Assembly (NCBI GenBank): GCA_014727915.1
Contig: WJMO01000006.1
Location: 192,001 to 256,000, forward strand
Reading direction: 5' to 3'
Origin: Candidatus Altiarchaeales archaeon
GTDB taxonomy: Archaea > Altiarchaeota > Altiarchaeia > IMC4 > SCGC-AAA252-I15
DNA length: 64,000 bases
Each line of letters starts with the position of its first letter. The first letter of the stretch is position 1. The notes beneath the pieces were generated by a model. It was given only the letters and a program-made list of their open reading frames with translations. It was not told the DNA's origin and made no database searches. Positions 28,371 to 37,623 of the stretch are shown here, piece after piece. The translations under genes were made by a program, and so were the position numbers.

Positions 28371-29930
28371 TTAATTCACGTAACCGAGTGACTTAAGCTG
28401 ATCTTTGACTGTTTCAGGGGTCTCGATAATATTTTCTTCCTGGAGGTCCTTGAAGGAGTAGTCCAATAGCATCTGCTGGAGATGGGCGGCGCAATTGTCG
28501 CATCCAAGTTGAAGGTTCCTCTGTTCGAACGGGTCGGATGAAAGGTTGTAAACTTCCATCCTGTAGGGTAGTTCGAGCACCTGTTCCTGCCTTACCATCA
28601 GGAATTCCTCGTTATACGAGTTGACCCTGGACCTGATGTACTTAATCTCCCCGTCTATGAGCATGTCCCGCCCATATCTGCCTCCAGCGTAGATGTAGGG
28701 TTTGTCATAGGATAGGTTGAAGAAGTTCATGCCCTTGAAGGTCGAAGGAGCCTCAACCCCCAATAGGTATAGTGTCGAGGGCGCAAGATCTATCATCTCG
28801 ACCGGCTTTTTTACGACTAGGCCTTTATCAAGGCCTGGCTTGTAGAAGAGGAGGGGGACCTTAAGCTGCTCATTGTATATCGTGTATACGTGGAATCTGC
28901 CTCCATGCTCGAAAAACTCCTCTCCGTGGTCGGCGGTAAAAATAAAGAGGGTGTTCTCATCGTATTCTGAGATCTTCCCCATGAGATTGGATATCATATA
29001 GTCTGTGTATGCGATTTCTTGGTCGTACTTGCATATCTGAAGTCGTTGGAACCGGCGCTTTGAAGGCAGCAAACCTCCCCCGGGATCGCAAAACATGCTA
29101 TCATAGGGTTTTGGAGCTATGAAGGGATAGTGTACGTCCATGTAATGGAGATATAGGAAAAACTTCTCTGGTCTTTCCTCTTTCAGCCATTTAAGTGCCT
29201 TTTCCTCTATCTTGGATGCTGTTTCGAACTTCTCAACCTCTTCATCGCCTATGAAACCCCGACTGTTGACATAGTATGTGTCAAATCCTTGACCAAGGTT
29301 TTTACGCTCGTGCATGAAGGGGTTCAGGACGAATGCTGCGGTCTTATAGCCTTCGAGGGAAAGCACCTCAGCGAGTGTGGTATGGTCGTCGCTTAAGCGG
29401 TTTTCAAAGGGCACTTCGATTATTCCGTGTGATTTGGGATATTCTGAGGTGAATATCGAGGCTACCGAGGGGGTTGTGTAGGCCTCCTGGCTGTATGCAT
29501 TGGCAAAGTTGACAGAGGCTAGTGCAATATTGTCCAGGTTGGGTGTGGTGTTCCGGGGATAACCGTTGAAGCCCATATGGTCAGAGCGCAGGGCGTCTAC
29601 GAGGAATATCACAACATTGCAGTCTTCACAGATTAAATCGCCTATCAGACCATCATAGGACAAGTTGCTCGAGTGATCAAATTCTCTCCTGGACAGAGGA
29701 TGTTCTACATTGTAGGATTGGAAGAAAGGTTGATAGTATTCGCCGGTTAGGACCATTTGAGTGCGTATGTCCAGGACCCTGTTGGCGGTGTCGCTCCTGA
29801 GGTGATCCGGGTTGAATAGTGGGTAAAACTCGAATCCGGTGGCAGCCTGATAGGATATGTAGGGGATAATGACGAGGAGTATGGGAATCAGATAGACTAG
29901 GATATACCTCCGAAAATCCCATTTTGACAT
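28371..29930 (-). CDS. Membrane-anchored sulfatase-like hydrolase/transferase
   Basis: DALRSDH, TTPSVASIFT, HYMDVH, ADHGEEF, C-terminal LKSLGY; start taken as ATG 29930. Confidence 0.88.
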   Translation of the reverse strand: MSKWDFRRYILVYLIPILLVIIPYISYQAATGFEFYPLFNPDHLRSDTANRVLDIRTQMVLTGEYYQPFFQSYNVEHPLSRREFDHSSNLSYDGLIGDLICEDCNVVIFLVDALRSDHMGFNGYPRNTTPNLDNIALASVNFANAYSQEAYTTPSVASIFTSEYPKSHGIIEVPFENRLSDDHTTLAEVLSLEGYKTAAFVLNPFMHERKNLGQGFDTYYVNSRGFIGDEEVEKFETASKIEEKALKWLKEERPEKFFLYLHYMDVHYPFIAPKPYDSMFCDPGGGLLPSKRRFQRLQICKYDQEIAYTDYMISNLMGKISEYDENTLFIFTADHGEEFFEHGGRFHVYTIYNEQLKVPLLFYKPGLDKGLVVKKPVEMIDLAPSTLYLLGVEAPSTFKGMNFFNLSYDKPYIYAGGRYGRDMLIDGEIKYIRSRVNSYNEEFLMVRQEQVLELPYRMEVYNLSSDPFEQRNLQLGCDNCAAHLQQMLLDYSFKDLQEENIIETPETVKDQLKSLGYVN

Positions 29931-30087
29931 GGATAAGGGATAAGAGTGAGTGTATAATAACTGAGTGATTATGGGGGCGGTTTCGACCGATATGATGTTT
30001 AGCTGGCCGGGCATAGCAGCCTGGAGGGGATGGAGCGACCGAAGAAGACAGGCATATTGGAGGACGGGAAGGGAAGCCCGGGAGGGG

Positions 30088-30381
30088 TCATACTTCCATG
30101 CAGTCGTGGTAGCTTTTGTCCCGGGTGTCGTATTTGCAGCATTCCCTGACTCCGACTTCAGCGGAGTTCACGTTGCAGTATGGCCTCCTAGCGGGACAGA
30201 CATACAAGACCTCCTTGGTGTCCCATTCGATTATCTTCTGGGGCCAGCTCCACTCGCAGTAGTATATCCGGTCGCCGGAGGTTTTCTCCTCCGACGGTGA
30301 TAGGGTGACTTCCACGTTGGTTCCCATGCACACGCACCCGGAAGCAAGCAGGACCAGGACAACCAGTATGAGAGAGCGCAT
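30088..30381 (-). CDS. Small Cys-containing lipoprotein
   Basis: Lipobox LASGC after a hydrophobic signal. Confidence 0.65.
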   Translation of the reverse strand: MRSLILVVLVLLASGCVCMGTNVEVTLSPSEEKTSGDRIYYCEWSWPQKIIEWDTKEVLYVCPARRPYCNVNSAEVGVRECCKYDTRDKSYHDCMEV

Positions 30382-30420
30382 GGTAACACATGAAATTACA
30401 CCAATATAAGGGAGCAAGTG

Positions 30421-31416
30421 TTATTTTCTCCTTTGGAGAACGTGGTATCTGCTTCCCGAGATGAGCATCACCGCGTTGTTGAATTTCTCCAGTTGCACGC
30501 CAGGCAGGTTGTTTTCCATCTTCATGTCGGATAGGGGTATGTTATGTATCTCAGGAGGCCGGGCTGGATTCACAGTCGAACCTATGCTCTCGTATCCTAT
30601 TTCATGGAGTGTTTTAAGGGTTGTCTCCTCGTGTTCGGCCACGACCGCAACGGCATCGGAGGCTAGGTGGTTATGGTCGAGTTTACTGACCCAACTGGTT
30701 ATCTCCTCCTGGCCAAGGTCCTCCCTGAGGAACCGGTGGTATTCCATCCCCTTGAATATCGCATAGTCGAATTTCCCGCCGCCCAATATGTTTGAAAGTA
30801 TGGTCTCGTCGCCCGACACCGAAGGTATGAAAGTAAAGTGCTCCCATGTGAGGTACCTGCCCATCTTACGCCAGTCTCTCTCGCCTATGCTATATCCTAT
30901 ACGTTCATGGGCGTATTTGATCCTCCGGATGCCCTCCCCGTGCTCGGATGTTATAGGATATTGGAGGGCTTCTTCTATGTCTCTGCGTATAGGCCCTGAC
31001 TTTATGAAGTTCCCGAAAACCATTGAGGGGTCTAATTTGAGCGCTTCCAACAGTCCGGCTCCTGCTATCATCTCCCCCTCGTGCATGCACATGCCCACGA
31101 GCCGGCCCTGGGTGCATGTGTTGACAAGCCAGAGGGTGTCGGCTCCCATCTCAGGGTAGAATCCCAAGCCCGTGAATATTGGCTTCCCGTCGGATCTGCG
31201 AATCCTAGAGAGTTCGCTCTGCTGTCTCAGCTGCTCGTGTAGGCATCCCAGGCCTGTCTTGCCCGTGTGTTTGGCAAGCCAGAAGACGGGATGTTCAAGT
31301 ATTTCAGTTTCGGGAGGTTCAGACAGGGGGATCGGCTCGCCGGCCAGGAACTGGAGGGGGTCAGGCACCATAGGGCCGGGGATAGATTTATTCGTCAACT
31401 GGCCTGGAACCACCAT
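30421..31416 (-). CDS. Hypothetical protein (orphan)
   Basis: 331-aa ORF filling the intergenic space; no recognised motif. Confidence 0.65.
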   Translation of the reverse strand: MVVPGQLTNKSIPGPMVPDPLQFLAGEPIPLSEPPETEILEHPVFWLAKHTGKTGLGCLHEQLRQQSELSRIRRSDGKPIFTGLGFYPEMGADTLWLVNTCTQGRLVGMCMHEGEMIAGAGLLEALKLDPSMVFGNFIKSGPIRRDIEEALQYPITSEHGEGIRRIKYAHERIGYSIGERDWRKMGRYLTWEHFTFIPSVSGDETILSNILGGGKFDYAIFKGMEYHRFLREDLGQEEITSWVSKLDHNHLASDAVAVVAEHEETTLKTLHEIGYESIGSTVNPARPPEIHNIPLSDMKMENNLPGVQLEKFNNAVMLISGSRYHVLQRRK

Positions 31417-31464
31417 CCTATTAGTAGAACAGGGAAATTATAGGTAATAAGTCTGTGGGTTTTT

Positions 31465-32487
31465 TTATGCTATTTTTTTGAGCCCATCCTCGATCAACTC
31501 CTGGAATTGGATGTAATCCTTGTCGCCTTCTAGGGGTTTTCCGTTTATGAAGAACTGGGGTGTGCCGCTTACTCCCACGTTTGAGCCGTCAGCGATGTCT
31601 GCCATCACTTCCTCAGTGTTTTCTCCGGAGTCGAGGCATTGGTTGAATTCTCCCATGTCCAATCCTATGTCGCGGGCGTATTTTCTCAGGGAGTTCACGC
31701 CGAGTTCCTGCTGGTTCTGGAAGAGGAGGTCGTGGTATTCCCAGAACATGCCCTGGTCGTCGGCGCACTCGGCAGCCTCCGCAGCCTTCATTGCGTGATC
31801 GTGTTTGCTCAGCGGGAAGTCGCGGAACACCAGCCTGGCTTTCCCGGTGTCAATGTATTCTTCCTTCAACTTCGAGAGGGTGTCCTGGGCGAATCTCCCG
31901 CAGAAGGGGCATTCGAACTCGGAGAATGCGATTATGGTGACGGGAGCGCCGGGGTCTCCGAGGACGGGGTCGTCGTCCTCGCCCGGCGGCTCTATGAACC
32001 TGCCCACCTTGGACGCGGAGGGGTTTATGACATACCTGCCGCCCACCTTAACCAGGAGGCTGCGGGCGTTGCTGAACTCCCCCGCACCTTCTACGCTGGC
32101 GTTGAAGATGTACGCGGGCAGGGTGTTGAGACCCAACTCTGACAGCAGCCGCTTACCCCTCTCGGATGAGATGTCAACCTCCTCGACTTCGACCGTGGGG
32201 AATATCTTGGTTTGGGTGGTCTGGACTATCTCCCTCGTATCGCACGCACTGCAGGTCCGGTCGTTCAACACGATCATGAGTATGGGCGGGTCACCCACTA
32301 CTGGAAGTGGAGGCTGTGTGGTGGTGGCCGCCCCAGCCAATGTGGTTGAGGTCACAAAATTGTTGGGGCTTTCACTGGTTTGAAGTAGCAGATAGAGGAC
32401 TATGAAGAACACCAGGACTCCGCCGAGCCACCGAAGCCTCCCAGGGTCAAAGGTGAACCTGACCTCAACATCTCTTTTAGAGGGCAT
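31465..32487 (-). CDS. DsbA-family thioredoxin-fold protein, membrane-anchored
   Basis: CSAC domain followed by FSEFECPFC, RDFPL, GVSGTP. Confidence 0.9.
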   Translation of the reverse strand: MPSKRDVEVRFTFDPGRLRWLGGVLVFFIVLYLLLQTSESPNNFVTSTTLAGAATTTQPPLPVVGDPPILMIVLNDRTCSACDTREIVQTTQTKIFPTVEVEEVDISSERGKRLLSELGLNTLPAYIFNASVEGAGEFSNARSLLVKVGGRYVINPSASKVGRFIEPPGEDDDPVLGDPGAPVTIIAFSEFECPFCGRFAQDTLSKLKEEYIDTGKARLVFRDFPLSKHDHAMKAAEAAECADDQGMFWEYHDLLFQNQQELGVNSLRKYARDIGLDMGEFNQCLDSGENTEEVMADIADGSNVGVSGTPQFFINGKPLEGDKDYIQFQELIEDGLKKIA

Positions 32488-32556
32488 TTTAACAGTCAGA
32501 AAACTGTTATGATTAGGAGGGTGAGGGTATATAATTGGGGGGCCGCAGTTATGACG

Positions 32557-33873
32557 CTAGCTGGCGTTTTCCTTTTTCATGAGTTTTTCCATTACGAGAC
32601 ATGCCGTCAGATCTCCCGTGACGTTCACGGACGTGCGGGCCATGTCCAGTATCCTGTCGACGCCGAGTATGAGGGCTACGCCGACCGCCGGTATGCCGAC
32701 AGACGTAAGCACGATGGAGAGTATGACTATGCCCATTCCAGGGGTGGCTGGCGAGCCTATCGAGGAGCCAACGACCGTCGCTATTATCAGGAGTATCTGG
32801 CTGATGCCGAGTTGGACGTCGAATACCTGCGCCAGGAACACTGCGGCGACGCCCTGGTATAATGCCGTCCCAGCCATGTTTACGGTCGCGCCCAGGGGTA
32901 TTATGAACTGGCTAAGTGATTTCCTGACTCCCAGTTTCTCCTCGGCAGTCTTGATTGACAGCGGCATCACAGCCGCTGAGCTTGAGGTGGAGAACGCTAG
33001 TAGGAGTAGCTCCCTGGTGCGGGTCAGGAACGTTAATGGCGATATACGTGCCGCGGCAAATGATATCAGCGTGTATGTTGTGAGTAGGAGGAGTAGGCCT
33101 GCGAGTACGGTGCCTACGTACACCGCCATGCCCAGGAGAGCGTCTAACCCGAGTTGGGTTGTTAGTTTCGCCATCAACCCGAACACCGCCACTGGCGCGA
33201 GCACCATAGCCCATTTCACTATCTGTATGCAAACCTGCTGTAGGGAGGCGATTAGTTCGAGTATGGGTTTGGCTTGTTCTACGGGGATGGATATCACCGC
33301 CAACCCTATGACCATGGCGAACAAAACGACCTGCAGCATCTCGGTTTCCACCATCGAGTTCAACGGGTTAGCAGGGACTAGGGAGCCTATGGCTTTAGGT
33401 AGGTTACCGAGGTCTAAGGCCTGTTGTGGGTTCTCCGAGGACTCCGGCTCTGACGCGGTTTCTGGGGCGGTGACGTATTCTCCGGGCTCCACGACGTATG
33501 CGAGCGCCACACCCACGGCTATCGCATAGGATGTGGTTACGACAACGAACACCAGCAGCATCAAACCGACTTTCCTCAGTTGCTCCAGGTTCTCGCTTGA
33601 CGCTATACCCCCTATGATGGAGGCGAAAACCAGGGGGACAACGATCATCTTAAGGAGTCCGAGGAACACCTGCCCGGGCACAGCCAGCCAGTCTCCCACT
33701 ATGGATGCTGTGGAAGGCTCGACTAACCCGGCGCTTGGGCCTAACACCAGCCCCGCCAAGAGGCCGGTCACCATGCCCAACAGTATCTTCAGCCATAGCC
33801 TACCCGCCACTAGATCCTGCAAATGGCTGTTGAGCCGCTTCAACGGCTTCGGATACAAAAGTTCAAGAGCCAC
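32557..33873 (-). CDS. Dicarboxylate/amino acid:cation symporter (GltP/DAACS family)
   Basis: FSTSSSAA, PLGATVNMAGT, DRILDMART-x-x-NV-x-GD; start GTG 33873 inferred. Confidence 0.92.
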   Translation of the reverse strand: MALELLYPKPLKRLNSHLQDLVAGRLWLKILLGMVTGLLAGLVLGPSAGLVEPSTASIVGDWLAVPGQVFLGLLKMIVVPLVFASIIGGIASSENLEQLRKVGLMLLVFVVVTTSYAIAVGVALAYVVEPGEYVTAPETASEPESSENPQQALDLGNLPKAIGSLVPANPLNSMVETEMLQVVLFAMVIGLAVISIPVEQAKPILELIASLQQVCIQIVKWAMVLAPVAVFGLMAKLTTQLGLDALLGMAVYVGTVLAGLLLLLTTYTLISFAAARISPLTFLTRTRELLLLAFSTSSSAAVMPLSIKTAEEKLGVRKSLSQFIIPLGATVNMAGTALYQGVAAVFLAQVFDVQLGISQILLIIATVVGSSIGSPATPGMGIVILSIVLTSVGIPAVGVALILGVDRILDMARTSVNVTGDLTACLVMEKLMKKENAS

Positions 33874-34128
33874 AGTAGGAGAAAAAAGAAGACAGACATA
33901 TAAATGCTGACTGTCACACAGTGAGAATGCGAAGGATCGGGGGGGAAGCTTTCGCCGCTGGCATGCGAGAACCTGGCGCTGACACAGGATAACAGAACTG
34001 GAAACCTCGGGGAGAATGGACCCGGCCCCATTTGCCAGACCGGGGAACATCAAGGAGACGAGAGGGGCTGAAGTGATGGGTTCCCAGGGTGTCTTGTTAT
34101 AAATTCACTCAGGATAATTGTTTTTTAC

Positions 34129-34581
34129 ATGGAGATTTTCAGGAGATTCCGGCTTTACGCCCGGGAGGAAGGCCTGCACCAGGTCGGCCTCTGCCCGGAC
34201 GCGGGCGAGTTCGCAGATAGGATCGCGTGCAGGTGGCATCGGGGGGAGCGCCCAAAGCTAGGCATGATTAACGTCGCATGCTTTGGGCTGTTTAAGCTGG
34301 AGAATGTGGACGTGCAGTTGCTAAAAGGGGGGAAAGCCGACGGTGAGAGGAAACCCGCTATACTTGCGCATGACCGGTCAAAGGGGAGGAAATTCCTGAT
34401 CATGAGGGAGGACGATGACGCCCCGAGATTCGGATTATATGCAAGGGAGAAGGATGAGAGGTTTGCTCCGGGCGAAAAGAGATATCCTATGGTACAGGTG
34501 GAAAAGGAGGGGGAGGTGATAGATTACCTTCCCAAATCAGGGGAGATCGTTCCCATCGCCGAGTTAAAAAAACTGAGATGA
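34129..34581 (+). CDS. Hypothetical protein
   Basis: 150-aa ORF after an AT-rich promoter-like stretch. Confidence 0.55.
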   Translation: MEIFRRFRLYAREEGLHQVGLCPDAGEFADRIACRWHRGERPKLGMINVACFGLFKLENVDVQLLKGGKADGERKPAILAHDRSKGRKFLIMREDDDAPRFGLYAREKDERFAPGEKRYPMVQVEKEGEVIDYLPKSGEIVPIAELKKLR

Positions 34582-34671
34582 GCAGGAGAACCCCGCAGAC
34601 TAACCAAGAAAAAAGCACCACACCAGAAGACCAGAGAAATCCTGCCACCATGATAGGAAAACGGAGGCACA

Positions 34672-34935
34672 ATGAGTGCAAAAGCTACAAAATACTACGT
34701 CTACCTCCTGGAATGCAGCGACGGCAGCTACTACTGCGGCCAAACCAACAACCTACAGAAGAGGCTACGACAGCACAACGAAGGGGAAGGCGGACGATAC
34801 ACGAGAACACGCACACCGGTCAGACTCGTATACACGGAACAGCACAAGACACGCAAGGAAGCCCTGAAGAGAGAGGCAAAGATAAAGAAGATGACAAGGG
34901 GGCAGAAAGAGGAATTAATAGGATGGGTGGTTTAG
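34672..34935 (+). CDS. Small GIY-YIG nuclease (UPF0213/YhbQ type)
   Basis: YYVYLLECSDGSYYCG-x-T-x-NL-x-KR-x-x-QHN-x-G-x-GGRYTR...ALKRE-x-x-IKK; upstream GGAGG. Confidence 0.92.
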   Translation: MSAKATKYYVYLLECSDGSYYCGQTNNLQKRLRQHNEGEGGRYTRTRTPVRLVYTEQHKTRKEALKREAKIKKMTRGQKEELIGWVV

Positions 34936-34983
34936 GCGGGCCTTATTTTAAGAAGGGCCACTTACTTTAGCATTTGTCCATTA

Positions 34984-35131
34984 GATACGAGTAAATCAGG
35001 CAGAAGTAAGGTGATTTTGAAGAGACTGGGGATGATGGGCCTGAGGAGACGAGTATCATGGAATGATACGAGTACATCAGGCAGAAGTTGGATGATGCTG
35101 GTATAGAATGTAGGTGATGGGCCTGAGGAGA
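34984..35131. repeat. Diverged tandem duplication (period 81-82 bp) that includes the tRNA-Ile2 3' end
   Basis: 24-mer at 34984-35007 and 35065-35088 (23/24 identical); tgatgggcctgaggaga identical at 35033-35049 and 35115-35131. Confidence 0.9.
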
Positions 35132-35278
35132 TTCGAACTCCCGACCACTCGATCTCCCAAACCCCTCCTCTTTCCATCCCTTTATTTTTCTTTTGGGGAT
35201 GAAACACCTTTTCTTTTTTTCTAAAAAGAAAAGGGGTTCTATGAGTCGAGCGCTCTAACCGGACTGAGCTACAGGCCC
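35118..35278 (-). tRNA. tRNA with CAT anticodon, most likely tRNA-Ile2, with an 86-nt intron (35154-35239)
   Basis: GGGCCTG/CAGGCCC-A acceptor typical of archaeal Ile tRNAs; BHB with CTCA/TGGG central helix and AACCCC/GGGGTT intron helix. Confidence 0.92.
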
Positions 35279-35381
35279 GTGTATGTGTGTTTTTTTCCTA
35301 GCCTTTGGGCTAGTGCATTTTTTGTTCGGGGGGGGCCTTAGCGGAGCGGAGGTCGCACATTTGTCGTCGGCAAACTCCGAC

Positions 35382-35395
35382 AGCTACAGGCCCGT
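35382..35395 (-). repeat. 14-bp duplicate of the tRNA-Ile2 5' end (nt 1-12 plus 2 upstream nt)
   Basis: agctacaggcccgt is identical at 35267-35280 and 35382-35395. Confidence 0.88.
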
Positions 35396-35492
35396 TAAGT
35401 GTTTGTATTAGGGTGTTTGTTTTTTAATAAGGTTGGTTTTTTAATTATTTTGAGTTTTTTTTAAATAGTTTATGTTTTTGTTTGAATATTTT

Positions 35493-36239
35493 TTATTCTT
35501 CGGTTTTGAAGGCGCGGGTTCCGGCGAGGGTGGTCAGGGTCGCGGCTGTTATGAGGGCTGCTAGGTCTGTTAGGAGGTTGTTGTGTCCTGCGCCGGTTAG
35601 GATGATCCGGAGGGCGTCCACGCCGTATGTTAGTGGGTTCACTGTGGTCAAGGGTTTCATCCAGGAGGGTATCTGGCCCAGGGGGAATATTGCGCCGCTT
35701 AGGAAGAACATGGGCATGACGAGGAATGTCATGAGGGTTTGAAATCCTTCGAAGCTCCTCATGAACGATGATATGATGAGCCCTATGCTCACGAGGCTTA
35801 TGGAGGTGAGGAACATTATCGCAAGTGAGAGGGTGAATGATATGGTGTTGACGTGGGCTCCCAGGAGCAGTCCGAGGACGAGTATGATGGCTCCCTCAAG
35901 CACTGCTGACACTGCGGTGCCCGCTATCTTGCCTGCCGTTATGTTCAGGCGGGAAGAGGGTGATACGAGTATCTCCTTCATGAACCCGAATTCACGGTCC
36001 CATATGACGGATATTCCCGAGCGCATGGAGGTGAACAGGAGCGACATGGCGACCACTCCGGGGAATAGGAACTCCCGGTAGTCCATGTTCAACCCGGCGA
36101 ACCGGGCGGCTCCGAAGCCGCTGCCGAATATCAGGTACCATATGATCGGCCGGGATATGCTGCTTACGAGGTTGGCCTTGTTCCGGAGGTTAACCTTCAA
36201 CTCCCTCAACGCGATGGTTCTGAGGGCCCGGAATGTCAT
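35493..36239 (-). CDS. ABC-2 type exporter permease (DrrB-like)
   Basis: FLFPG, WDREFGFMKEILVSP, PMFFLSGAIFP, NPLTYGVDALR; start ATG 36239 overlaps the ATPase stop. Confidence 0.93.
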   Translation of the reverse strand: MTFRALRTIALRELKVNLRNKANLVSSISRPIIWYLIFGSGFGAARFAGLNMDYREFLFPGVVAMSLLFTSMRSGISVIWDREFGFMKEILVSPSSRLNITAGKIAGTAVSAVLEGAIILVLGLLLGAHVNTISFTLSLAIMFLTSISLVSIGLIISSFMRSFEGFQTLMTFLVMPMFFLSGAIFPLGQIPSWMKPLTTVNPLTYGVDALRIILTGAGHNNLLTDLAALITAATLTTLAGTRAFKTEE

Positions 36240-37219
36240 CGTCCCCCCCTCCTCCTCATCATAGACTTCATACGGTCTCTGCTGTTGGCGTTTTCCTCCC
36301 GGAGCTCCCTGCCCACATGGTATAGGAATACGTCGTTCAACGTGGGGGTGCGCAGTTCCAGAGACCTCAATTTTATATTGTTCTGGGTGGCGAATTCGCA
36401 TATCCTGGGTGTGGCCTCGGCCCCGTCCTCCACCACCAGGCGGACTGTCTCCCCGACCTTGACGTTCTTCACGAAGGATAGTTGTTTGAAGGCTTCGGCC
36501 CTTGACTTGTCCCCTAGCTTCAACGACACTATGTCCTCGCCTATGTCCTTTATCAGTTGCCTGGGCTGCCCTAACGCCACTATCCTCCCGTGGTCGATGA
36601 TGCCCACCCTGTCGCACAGCATTTCGGCCTCTTCCATGTAGTGTGTTGTCAGGACTATTGTTATGTTCTCCTCAGAGGGGAGTTTCCGTATGTACTCCCA
36701 TATCTTGCCCCGGGTCTGCGGGTCCAACCCCAAGGTGGGTTCGTCGAGGAAGAGTATATTGGGCCTGTGGATCAGGCCCCTGGCGATCTCCAGCCGCCTT
36801 TTCATCCCGCCGCTGTAGTTTTTCACCGGTTCGTCCGCGCGGGAGGTTAGCTCAACCAGCTCCAACAATTCTTTTATCCTCTTCTTCTGCATGTGCCTGT
36901 CCACGTTGTAGAGTTCGGCATGCATCTCCATGTTCTCCCGGCCGGTGAGCCGGTTGTCCAGGCTCGGGTCCTGGAAGACTATCCCGATAGACTTCCTCAC
37001 ATCAGAGGGTTCATCGGTCACGCCGTGCCCGTTCACGGAGGCGGAGCCGGATGTGGGCTTCAATATCGTGCATAATATGCTGAGGGTTGTTGTCTTGCCA
37101 GCGCCGTTGGGGCCCAGGAGGCCGAACACCTCCCCGGATTCCACTCTGAGGTTGAGGCTGTCCACTGCCGTTACGTCCCCGAACCTTTTGGTCAAATCGA
37201 CGGTTTCTATGGAGCTCAT
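36236..37219 (-). CDS. ABC exporter ATP-binding protein (DrrA-like)
   Basis: GPNGAGKTT, YSGGMKRRLEIA, LFLDEPT, TTHY. Confidence 0.96.
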   Translation of the reverse strand: MSSIETVDLTKRFGDVTAVDSLNLRVESGEVFGLLGPNGAGKTTTLSILCTILKPTSGSASVNGHGVTDEPSDVRKSIGIVFQDPSLDNRLTGRENMEMHAELYNVDRHMQKKRIKELLELVELTSRADEPVKNYSGGMKRRLEIARGLIHRPNILFLDEPTLGLDPQTRGKIWEYIRKLPSEENITIVLTTHYMEEAEMLCDRVGIIDHGRIVALGQPRQLIKDIGEDIVSLKLGDKSRAEAFKQLSFVKNVKVGETVRLVVEDGAEATPRICEFATQNNIKLRSLELRTPTLNDVFLYHVGRELREENANSRDRMKSMMRRRGGR

Positions 37220-37308
37220 CCTACTACAACACCATAGATATGTCCTGTCAGGGGATAAAAAGCTTTTGGTCTGGTGGATTTAAGGTTTGGCGAGTATTTT
37301 TTTCTTAT

Positions 37309-37623
37309 ATGGACTCGGAAGGTTGGGTTGAGCTGCGCCCGGGCGTTATGCGCCGGCCTTTGGCTGTGAATGAGGGTTGGGGCCTGCAGGCCGACCTGAT
37401 TAGGATCGGCGGGGGCGTGACGGACCGGCCGCACACCCACGACGACATAGAATGGGTTTATGTGTTGGAGGGGTCCTTTGAAGATCAGGCTGGCATGCAC
37501 GTGAAAGGAGATTTTGTTGTTAACAGCAGCGAGGGCGTTCACCAGGTGACCACCGGCCCCGGGGGATGCCTGCTTTTCATCGTGTGGAGTGGCAGTGTGA
37601 GCGAAGTCGACGATGGAAGATAA
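37309..37623 (+). CDS. Cupin (ChrR-like) protein
   Basis: PHTH-x3-E-x-x-YVLEGSF...GD...H. Confidence 0.8.
   Translation: MDSEGWVELRPGVMRRPLAVNEGWGLQADLIRIGGGVTDRPHTHDDIEWVYVLEGSFEDQAGMHVKGDFVVNSSEGVHQVTTGPGGCLLFIVWSGSVSEVDDGR

Noticed and set aside
33920-34095. GC-rich intergenic stretch as a possible ncRNA
   Set aside because: No SRP, RNase P or riboswitch hallmark and no convincing long stems found by eye
34984-35131. Possible mini-CRISPR array
   Set aside because: Two units only, one block is the tRNA 3' end, the intervening segments are partly similar, and no cas genes are in the window
36240-36617. N-terminal extension of the ABC permease given in the ORF track
   Set aside because: Overlaps the ATPase gene in another frame; ATG 36239 with an upstream GGAGG and stop overlap is the better start
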